A program made the position numbers and the translations under genes. From NCBI GenBank assembly GCA_018061035.1, contig JAGOUX010000001.1, positions 76,249 through 140,248 on the forward strand: a stretch of 64,000 bases of DNA, written 5' to 3'. Positions 57,209 through 64,000 of this stretch are shown here, piece after piece. The first letter of the stretch is position 1. Each line of letters opens with the position of its first letter. The notes beneath the pieces are model-generated. The model was not told the origin of the DNA, ran no database searches, and saw only the letters and a list, made by a program, of their open reading frames with translations. The stretch is from Minisyncoccota bacterium (GTDB taxonomy: Bacteria > Patescibacteriota > Minisyncoccia > Phycocordibacterales > UBA9973).

Positions 57209-58108
57209 TTATTTTAAAATTCTACTAATCTTCTCAATTGAATGTACTACAAAATCAACATTCTGCCAATCCTCCTTGTTATCAAAAGCCCACTTAATAC
57301 TATCTACCAATCGAAGCATCACTAAAGTTTCAACGTCGTGCGCTATGGCAGTATATTCCTCAGAAGTAATTCCATACCCTTGCATAAATGCCTCCTCGTA
57401 TTCTTTTTTCCATTCCCAAGTAAAGACGTCGGATAATTCTAAGTGTGGAGCTCGGTGTGCCATAGCGGTCCCCCAATCAATAACATAGATAGTTCCATCA
57501 GGGTGAACAATTGTGTTTTTCGGTGCTAAATTGCTATGACATAAAACCGGATTAAAATTCCACGACTTAAGCTCCGTGAGCCTTGTCTTGAGTCTTTCAA
57601 TTTGAGATGAAGATAGTATATTTTCTTTCTGAAAAAAGTCATCGTCAAATAAGTAATTTAGGGACCAATCCATCGTTCCGATCCAGTCGTTACCGAAATC
57701 ATTCTGCTCTGGAAATTTGAGATCACTGCCATATCCTTTTACCTGAATTTGATTAATAATATTTGCGTATTTGCCTAACGTAAACCAAATTCTGCTGTGT
57801 TCCTCTTTTAGCTCGGATCCATCTATCCCTTCAAGGTATGTTTGAAAAGAATATGCATAGCTTTCATAGACACCCAACGCAACACATTGTGCGGTTGGAA
57901 CTCCCACCGCAGCTGCTTTTTCCATACACCATTTTTCTTTTACATATGTTTTTAAGTTCGTGTTTTTACTCAAACGCAGTATATATATTAAGTCCTCGAA
58001 AGTCACTTTAAAAACTAGATTTGCATGACCTTTATCAACAATTGGAAAGATATCGACTGGTGTTTTATGAAAAACATTTTTACAAATTTGTGTGACTGAT
58101 TCGTTCAT
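57209..58108 (-). CDS. aminoglycoside/choline-kinase-like phosphotransferase fold protein (atypical catalytic loop)
   Basis: APH/ChoK-like layout with IDWG (DFG-equivalent). The catalytic-loop position reads HSNLAPKN where HGDxxxxN is expected. Confidence 0.55.
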   Translation of the reverse strand: MNESVTQICKNVFHKTPVDIFPIVDKGHANLVFKVTFEDLIYILRLSKNTNLKTYVKEKWCMEKAAAVGVPTAQCVALGVYESYAYSFQTYLEGIDGSELKEEHSRIWFTLGKYANIINQIQVKGYGSDLKFPEQNDFGNDWIGTMDWSLNYLFDDDFFQKENILSSSQIERLKTRLTELKSWNFNPVLCHSNLAPKNTIVHPDGTIYVIDWGTAMAHRAPHLELSDVFTWEWKKEYEEAFMQGYGITSEEYTAIAHDVETLVMLRLVDSIKWAFDNKEDWQNVDFVVHSIEKISRILK

Positions 58109-58141
58109 AATAGTTATTGTTTAAGCTTAAATACATAAAAA

Positions 58142-58768
58142 TCATAGGAAAACTTCTTCTCCATCCCCAATAAAACGGTATGTGCCATCTTCTACTAGAA
58201 TCCCTTGCCCATCTTTCAATATTCGTAATGGGTATTTTAAAGTCTTCGCCCTTTCTTTAATCTCTGCCTCAGCTTTGTCCTTATAGTGAGCCTTAAGAAT
58301 AAATGGCACATAGTTAAGAGCAGTAAAATCAGTTATACCGAACCTGTCTACTGTCTCATCATTCCAATCCGACACTTCGATTGTTGGACACATCAAGTAT
58401 GCCCCTGCACTTACTCCAATATACACTATGCCTTCCTCCAGTAATTCTTTTACCACTTCACCAAAACCAGTTTCTCGTACTATTTTAAGTAAATAAAAGG
58501 TATTACCTCCTTCTACATATACTATGTTTTTATCACTAAAAAAGTTTTTCAACTCTTCCTTATTTTTTCCTTCAATATCTATATCTTCTAAAAAGTAGCC
58601 ATCTTCTCTTAAAGTTTTTTTGACGTTTTCAAAAAAATCTTGATGAGTTCGAACCCTTTTCGTCGCAGTAATAACGTAACCAATTTTTATTTGGTCTTTA
58701 GGAATACCCGCTAGGTCAAAACCGTATTTCAATAAAAAACTTAAATCTGATGCGAGGATTAATTTCAT
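58142..58768 (-). CDS. peptidase S51 (dipeptidase E/cyanophycinase-like) family protein
   Basis: VEGGNTFYLL and GVSAGA nucleophile-elbow motifs. 208 aa. Confidence 0.6.
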   Translation of the reverse strand: MKLILASDLSFLLKYGFDLAGIPKDQIKIGYVITATKRVRTHQDFFENVKKTLREDGYFLEDIDIEGKNKEELKNFFSDKNIVYVEGGNTFYLLKIVRETGFGEVVKELLEEGIVYIGVSAGAYLMCPTIEVSDWNDETVDRFGITDFTALNYVPFILKAHYKDKAEAEIKERAKTLKYPLRILKDGQGILVEDGTYRFIGDGEEVFL

Positions 58769-58772
58769 AAAT

Positions 58773-59318
58773 TTATTTAAATTTTTCTAACTCTTCAGCC
58801 CATTTTTTATAATTCTCTCGTGCAAGTCCTTTACGTTCTTCTGAACTTATCCTATCAAACATCCAATCAAGCTTTGCTTTTACTTTAGTGTATCCCTCAA
58901 CTAGGACTTTCTTATTTACAAACATTTCAACATTTGTTTCAAAGAAGCTTACAGAATCTGCATCCATAAGTGCATTCTGTTCAGAGTCACCACCAACTTC
59001 GTGCTTGGACACTAAGTAATGAACCTTTTCAACTATATCCTTAGAAGCATTATTTTCTTGTAAAAATTCAGAAATAATCTTTGATCCTTTTTCTTGGTGG
59101 TACTGCAAGAACTTTTCATCCAAATAATCATCTGGAACTATAGTTTCTTCGTCTCGAAAGGCTCTTTCAATGTCATGGGCATACGCAGCTATCTTGTGAG
59201 CTTCTGTCACATTCGGCTCAAACTTTCCAATCCAAAATACTGTGCGTTCAAAATGAGGTTTTTGTTTTCCTTGAAATGCTTGGTTTACATATTCGATTGT
59301 TTTTTTGTATAAATTCAT
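58773..59318 (-). CDS. HD-domain-like hydrolase, hypothetical
   Basis: H...AYAHDIER (an HD motif). 181 aa. Confidence 0.4.
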   Translation of the reverse strand: MNLYKKTIEYVNQAFQGKQKPHFERTVFWIGKFEPNVTEAHKIAAYAHDIERAFRDEETIVPDDYLDEKFLQYHQEKGSKIISEFLQENNASKDIVEKVHYLVSKHEVGGDSEQNALMDADSVSFFETNVEMFVNKKVLVEGYTKVKAKLDWMFDRISSEERKGLARENYKKWAEELEKFK

Positions 59319-59322
59319 AGAG

Positions 59323-59901
59323 CTATTTTAATTCAAAACTGTTTAATAATTTTTTACACGTACCATGCTTCCCTAAATGGAAAAGTCCAACAGATATGGG
59401 TTTGAAAGTAATAGGAAATTCTAATTGCGTATCTGTTACCCCTTTACCAAGTGTTATATGTGGATGATAATTTTCGTACGCACTGTTTATCTTAAAATTA
59501 TTGACCCAATCAATGATAGAGCTTGATTCTGACAGTTCAAAGAAATTTTCTTTGGTTACAACACCTGCACTGTGCTTGGTAATCAAGTCAAAAACAGCAT
59601 TATGTAGAGTCTGAAGTTCCTCACTGACATAAAGGTTAAAATGACAGTATTTACCGGAACCTAAAGAAGTTAATGTAACTTCAGGCATATTGGACTTTTC
59701 AAGTAGCGAGCCTAATTCACTTTTAAAGCTATCAATACTTTCAACAAGCAGACTTCCCATACCTAAAGTGATGTGAGGATAGTAGCCGTTTTCAAAAGAG
59801 ACATAGTCCTCTATCTCTAAACTTCTATTTAATTCTTTACAGATATTGCTTATGTTTTCAGGAAGTAACAATACAATATCGATGGCTATTTTTTCTTGCA
59901 T
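59323..59901 (-). CDS. 2H phosphoesterase superfamily protein (LigT-like)
   Basis: Two H-x-T-x motifs (YPHITLG, HPHITLG) with the spacing characteristic of 2',3'-cyclic phosphodiesterase/LigT. Confidence 0.7.
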   Translation of the reverse strand: MQEKIAIDIVLLLPENISNICKELNRSLEIEDYVSFENGYYPHITLGMGSLLVESIDSFKSELGSLLEKSNMPEVTLTSLGSGKYCHFNLYVSEELQTLHNAVFDLITKHSAGVVTKENFFELSESSSIIDWVNNFKINSAYENYHPHITLGKGVTDTQLEFPITFKPISVGLFHLGKHGTCKKLLNSFELK

Positions 59902-59903
59902 AA

Positions 59904-60287
59904 TTAATTCATTGCTGGCTTATAAACCTCAATCTGATTGCCGTCAGGATCAGACAAGAAGAAATACTGTCCTCCGCTCGCACCTACTCTAAATTGTCCG
60001 CAATTAATTCCTTTTTCTATGAAACTATTTCGGAGAGCTTCTGGATCATTATGAGTAAAAGCAATATGTCGTATACCAGTGAAAGACAGTTCTTCTTTAG
60101 CTCCTTCATTTAAAACATCAAACTGCCAAAGTTCAATAATTATATTCTCTCCTTCAAGCATTACTCCTGTTCCACCCATGTCGTCCCTACGGAATCTAAC
60201 TTTTTCTTTAAAACCAAAATACTCCTCGTAAAAAGGTATCGATACTGTTAAATCCTTTATTGTGATTGCGACGTGGTGGAGTTTCAT
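59904..60287 (-). CDS. VOC (glyoxalase/bleomycin-resistance) family protein
   Basis: MKLHHVAITIKDL...FY..FGF N-terminal beta-alpha-beta-beta-beta module. 127 aa. Confidence 0.7.
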   Translation of the reverse strand: MKLHHVAITIKDLTVSIPFYEEYFGFKEKVRFRRDDMGGTGVMLEGENIIIELWQFDVLNEGAKEELSFTGIRHIAFTHNDPEALRNSFIEKGINCGQFRVGASGGQYFFLSDPDGNQIEVYKPAMN

Positions 60288-60805
60288 AAATTTTTCATTA
60301 CTTCCTCTAACAAAACTTTATTCTCTTGGCACCATACTGACTTTTCAAATTCATTAAACGGAAGCCAGACTCTACCGTGAGCGTCTTCGTTGCCATTGAA
60401 TTCTTCTTCGCTTTCAACATCGCATAAATAATAAAGCATATAACCCGTTGGGTATGGGTAACGTGACGGATTCTCGGGTTTCGTCACATGCGTAGTTATT
60501 TTTATATATCCCACCAATTTAGGATTTTTAACATGGACACCTGTTTCTTCATACGTTTCCCTGACTGCAGTTACTTCTGGATTCTCACCTTCATCTATGT
60601 GTCCACCTGGAATATCCAGCCTTCTTTCTGGACGTTCTCCTTCTCTCAGTTCTGTCTGTAAAAATTTATTGTCTTTGAAGACGAAAGTATAAGAAGCAGT
60701 ACAAAGTGCTAATTCTGGAAGTTCATCAGATAAATAAACTTCCACAGTATTGTTATGTCCATCGATCCAGTATAAATTTTTTACTGTATGTATTAGTTTT
60801 TTCAT
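60284..60805 (-). CDS. NUDIX hydrolase
   Basis: Nudix box GGHIDEGENPEVTAVRETYEETGV. Confidence 0.7.
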   Translation of the reverse strand: MKKLIHTVKNLYWIDGHNNTVEVYLSDELPELALCTASYTFVFKDNKFLQTELREGERPERRLDIPGGHIDEGENPEVTAVRETYEETGVHVKNPKLVGYIKITTHVTKPENPSRYPYPTGYMLYYLCDVESEEEFNGNEDAHGRVWLPFNEFEKSVWCQENKVLLEEVMKNL

Positions 60806-60809
60806 GATT

Positions 60810-61712
60810 TTACATTAACGCAGTTACTTCTTCTAGGCTCGGCATAGACGGCCCAGCTCCTGCTTTTGTCACAGAAAGAGATGCAGCGATATTGGCAAAC
60901 TTCAGACTCTCAGAAAAGGACTTATCTTGAGCTAGAGCTGCTGCGACAGCTCCAACAAAGCAATCTCCTGCACCTGTAGTATCTACCGCTTTTACTTTTC
61001 TGCCTTCAATTGTGATTATTTCGCCATTCTCAAAAGCTACAACTCCTTTCTCTCCAAGAGTTACAACGATCTTTATCTTATTGTTTTCTATTTTTGCCAC
61101 TGCCTCTAAGAGAGATTCTTCCTTGTCAGTATCTATAGTCATTCCTGATAGGAAACTTAATTCCGTTTCGTTAAGAATCAAAACATCTATCAAGTTGAAA
61201 AGGTCGTCAGGGATAACTTTTGCAGGAGCAGGATTGAAGACATTGATTGTTCCAACTTCTCTGCCTTCTTTAAAGAATGCGATAATCGTTTCTGTTGGAA
61301 TCTCAAATTGAGAAACAAGAACATCGCCTTCTTTAATCGTTACATTTTCAATATCTTTTCTCTTTAGTTCAAAATTTGCTCCAGGAACAACCACAATTGT
61401 ATTATCTGCAGTTTCTTCAGCGATAGTGATAAGAGCTATGCCAGTGGATGTTTCTTCTTTAGAAACTTGAGTATTGATATTCTGTTCTTTCAAGAAATTA
61501 GTGAGCTTTTCGCCAAAAGCATCGTTGCCCACTTTACCCAGCAAAACAGTTGTTGCTCCAAGCTTTGCAGCTGCTACGGCTTGATTTGCTCCTTTACCAC
61601 CTGGAAAATATTTAAGATCGGTGCCAAAAACTGTCTCGCCCGCATCAGGATGGCGTTTAGTGGTGACAACAATATCCATATTTATGCTTCCCGCAACGAT
61701 TACTCTACTCAT
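60810..61712 (-). CDS. ribokinase (PfkB family)
   Basis: GGKGANQAVAAAKLG and the DTTGAGDCFVGA anion-hole motif. 300 aa. Confidence 0.8.
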   Translation of the reverse strand: MSRVIVAGSINMDIVVTTKRHPDAGETVFGTDLKYFPGGKGANQAVAAAKLGATTVLLGKVGNDAFGEKLTNFLKEQNINTQVSKEETSTGIALITIAEETADNTIVVVPGANFELKRKDIENVTIKEGDVLVSQFEIPTETIIAFFKEGREVGTINVFNPAPAKVIPDDLFNLIDVLILNETELSFLSGMTIDTDKEESLLEAVAKIENNKIKIVVTLGEKGVVAFENGEIITIEGRKVKAVDTTGAGDCFVGAVAAALAQDKSFSESLKFANIAASLSVTKAGAGPSMPSLEEVTALM

Positions 61713-62344
61713 AAAGGAAAAGTTTCAGTATTAATACTTTCAGCCACCGCCAATCTGATAAACTGCTCTCTGGTCTCAAGAATCTTTTCATAATGCATTG
61801 GGATAACATTACCCACCTTTTTAAATTGTTTTACGAAATCCAAAGCTTCTTGCGGACCAAAGGTGTAGAAAGTTCCAACGGGGATAAGGGCAATATCTAC
61901 TTCTAATTTTGATACGTCAATTCCTGAGGAATAAAACATGTCTCCAGCAAAATAAACTTTCTTTCCATCAACTTCTATAAGAAAACCGAAGTTCTCCTTC
62001 AAGGGCGAAGATACGTTAGGTCCATGATCAACGTTAAATATCTGTACTTTTATATCTCCAATATTTATTATTTCTCCGTCTTTGATTTGGACTACTTCAA
62101 AGGGCAAAGTTTCTTCTCCAAGAGTTTCTATACATTCCGCATTGAGATAAAGTTTTTTCGGTGAAAGTTTTTTAATTTGGTCCAGTGAGAAATGATCTCC
62201 GTGAATATGAGAAACAAGCATTGCATCACAAGCAACCCCATCTAATTTTTCCATAGGAGTTTTGTTTGCAATATCTAGAGCCAATCGAAAACCATTCTCT
62301 GTTTCAAAAATAAATCCAGATTGTTCAAATTTTGTGAGTTTCAT
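61709..62344 (-). CDS. MBL-fold metallo-hydrolase
   Basis: HIHGDH (HxHxDH) motif. 211 aa. Confidence 0.7.
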   Translation of the reverse strand: MKLTKFEQSGFIFETENGFRLALDIANKTPMEKLDGVACDAMLVSHIHGDHFSLDQIKKLSPKKLYLNAECIETLGEETLPFEVVQIKDGEIINIGDIKVQIFNVDHGPNVSSPLKENFGFLIEVDGKKVYFAGDMFYSSGIDVSKLEVDIALIPVGTFYTFGPQEALDFVKQFKKVGNVIPMHYEKILETREQFIRLAVAESINTETFPL

Positions 62345-62406
62345 ATATTTTTATTATACACAAAAGTAATCAGGGTTCAAAAGGCTTGAGACCTGTAAAC
62401 TCATAC

Positions 62407-63087
62407 TTAAATGTTCTCTCTAACCAAATAAATCAAATCATTCTCAACTACTTTCTTAATCACAAAATCAAATCTGTGAAAATCTAAACATAAATCAATG
62501 TCAGATTGTGGCACGCCAGCTTCATTTAACAAGAAGGCAGCTACAGAAGTTGTTGCTAATTTTTCCTTAATATCTAATTCATTAACTTCTTTACCTTCCA
62601 AAACATCTCGTATGTAGTAAGCAAGTAGGATATCTTCATTATCAGCTTCGGGATGTGGAGCGGTTGATACAAGGGATATGTTTTGAATATTATTCTTTTT
62701 TATGTATTTAATAATGCTATCTGCAACTACAAAACTTCCTGTTAAAACCACTTCCGCATTAATAGCATTGATTAAACCCTTTGTGCCGTTCATAGTACTA
62801 TGAACGATTGTTTTTCCGCGGAAGTCGACATCCAATACTTCTGTAGGGCCATTTCCGAAATCAAAACCTTCAGGTTTTACCCCTTTCCTTTCACCTACCA
62901 AAACATACTCCGGATTTTCTTTCTTTAATTTATGAGCTTCTTCCAAATCCAATACTGGAATGATCTTTTCTGCACCATTTGCAAATATATATGCTTCAGT
63001 GGTGAAAGCTCTATACACGTCAATAATGACAGCTAGACCTATGGCTTTGTGAGCATCTTCTAAGGATCTGATAATTTGGATTTGCAT
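62407..63087 (-). CDS. 2-phosphosulfolactate phosphatase (ComB) family protein
   Basis: The N-terminal AVIIDVYRAFTTEAYIFANGA resembles the ComB family VIDVLRA[ST]T pattern. 226 aa. Confidence 0.5.
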   Translation of the reverse strand: MQIQIIRSLEDAHKAIGLAVIIDVYRAFTTEAYIFANGAEKIIPVLDLEEAHKLKKENPEYVLVGERKGVKPEGFDFGNGPTEVLDVDFRGKTIVHSTMNGTKGLINAINAEVVLTGSFVVADSIIKYIKKNNIQNISLVSTAPHPEADNEDILLAYYIRDVLEGKEVNELDIKEKLATTSVAAFLLNEAGVPQSDIDLCLDFHRFDFVIKKVVENDLIYLVRENI

Positions 63088-63094
63088 ATATTAA

Positions 63095-63625
63095 TTACGC
63101 CAAATGACTAAAGAAAGTTCTGATAATAAAATGGAAAGGATCACCAAAAGATGTGGGACTTTCCTTTAACTTACTTTTTAATTCTTCCTCAGTTAAATAT
63201 TCCCAACTATCAGCTTCATGATTGAGTACTGGTTTGAGGTTAGAATGTATTTTATATACTGCAAAGAGATGATTCTCTTGTCTCCCGAGAACATGACGAT
63301 TAAATACTTTCTTTCCTACAAGTTCGTACTTAAAATCTCCAGTTAATCCAATTTCTTCTTCGGATTCTCGTTTCAGGGCATCGACTTCGGTTTCTCCTGA
63401 AGAAACGTGACCACCCACAGGGGAAACATATTGTCCTGCGTCTTGTCTGTCATTAGATTGCTTAACGAGCAGCCATCGCCCTTCTGAATCAATCACTTCG
63501 CTGATAACGGTCGTGTGTAGCAGTCCTTGTTGATGAGCTTCGGACTTAGTGACCACTTTGAGAATACTTCCTTCTTCATCAATAACATCAACCAATTCTT
63601 CTTGTGCGGTGTTAGAGGTTTCCAT
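63095..63625 (-). CDS. NUDIX hydrolase
   Basis: Nudix box GGHVSSGETEVDALKRESEEEIGL. Confidence 0.7.
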   Translation of the reverse strand: METSNTAQEELVDVIDEEGSILKVVTKSEAHQQGLLHTTVISEVIDSEGRWLLVKQSNDRQDAGQYVSPVGGHVSSGETEVDALKRESEEEIGLTGDFKYELVGKKVFNRHVLGRQENHLFAVYKIHSNLKPVLNHEADSWEYLTEEELKSKLKESPTSFGDPFHFIIRTFFSHLA

Positions 63626-63632
63626 GGTTTGA

Positions 63633-64000
63633 TTATAGCATTTCTAAAATTTCACTCATCTTTGAAACAATTTTATATGGTTTTCCTTTTTCAAGAGTTT
63701 CTCTAGGATGAAACCCAAAATCGACTGCGATGGTTGTAACCTTAACTTCGTTAGCTTCCAAAATATCGCCCAAGGTATCTGTAATGAAAAGGCAGTCTTC
63801 TGGGATAAGGTTGTGAGTTTTAAATATAGAGTTAAATTTATCTATTTTTGATCTATAAGATTCTAAGCCTAGTATTTCTTTAAAAATGTTTCCAACACCG
63901 TTACTCTCTAAGTAATCAGTAATATTTTTCTTTCCGCCAGAGGTAATAATAAATAAATCATGTGTCTTGCCTAGTTCAAGTAACACACTTTTGATTTCAG
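63633..64000 (-). CDS. HAD-like hydrolase, C-terminal part (reading frame stays open to the window end)
   Basis: ITDTLGDI (HAD motif IV-like). The frame upstream of the listed Met has no stop before position 64000. Confidence 0.4.
   Translation of the reverse strand, partial: EIKSVLLELGKTHDLFIITSGGKKNITDYLESNGVGNIFKEILGLESYRSKIDKFNSIFKTHNLIPEDCLFITDTLGDILEANEVKVTTIAVDFGFHPRETLEKGKPYKIVSKMSEILEML

Noticed and set aside
1-64000. CRISPR array or rRNA genes
   Set aside because: I saw no regularly spaced short direct repeats and no rRNA-like conserved stretches. The repeats present are tRNA fragments and a single 435-bp duplication.

Overview
This is an AT-rich, compact bacterial chromosome segment. 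Most of it is core housekeeping genes. On the minus strand there is a dcw cluster (mraZ-rsmH-ftsL-ftsI-murF) with an MraZ-type GTGGG direct-repeat operator, followed by lysS, greA, rpsU-ybeY-ftsA-ftsZ, trxB, a sugar-phosphate nucleotidyltransferase, tsaD, valS, an Hsp20, and an ECF sigma/anti-sigma pair. Further downstream are a glutaredoxin, lepA, an MsbA-like ABC exporter, murJ, an O-antigen-ligase/TPR protein, leuS, an RlmI-like methyltransferase and ychF. I recognise eight tRNA genes from anticodon-loop parsing: Glu-CTC, Ser-CGA, Glu-TTC, Val-GAC, Phe-GAA, Arg-CCT, Gly-CCC and a second Glu copy, plus several tRNA fragments. Between about 43.3 and 56.7 kb there is an apparent integrated mobile element. 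Its large serine recombinase gene runs into the 5' end of ychF. It also carries an excisionase-like HTH protein and a Prim-Pol primase fused to a P-loop helicase-like domain. Its cargo includes a GC-rich structured RNA-like locus with a strong terminator, two small hydrophobic peptides, and a tightly coupled two-gene operon. That operon encodes a 268-aa and a 1202-aa protein sharing an N-terminal PD-(D/E)xK-like domain, which is my best candidate for a new defence-type system. The cargo also has a second operon: a compact tandem-ATPase ABC-F protein, a small Lnu/MNT-like nucleotidyltransferase, a DUF1905 protein and a hypothetical. The last 7 kb is a co-directional run of small hydrolase and salvage genes. 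These include a HIT protein, a kinase-like protein with an unusual catalytic-loop substitution, an S51 peptidase, an HD protein, a 2H phosphoesterase, a VOC protein, two NUDIX hydrolases, a ribokinase, an MBL protein, a ComB-like phosphatase and a partial HAD gene. Several short GC-rich patches sit in the AT-rich background at 2.6-3.2, 5.7-6.9, 19.9-21.5 and 29.2-29.8 kb. They carry hairpins and small ORFs and lie next to tRNA genes or tRNA fragments, so they look like degraded horizontally acquired islets. A perfect 435-bp direct repeat duplicates a small membrane-protein gene and flanks a 2-kb accessory segment. I found no rRNA genes or CRISPR arrays.
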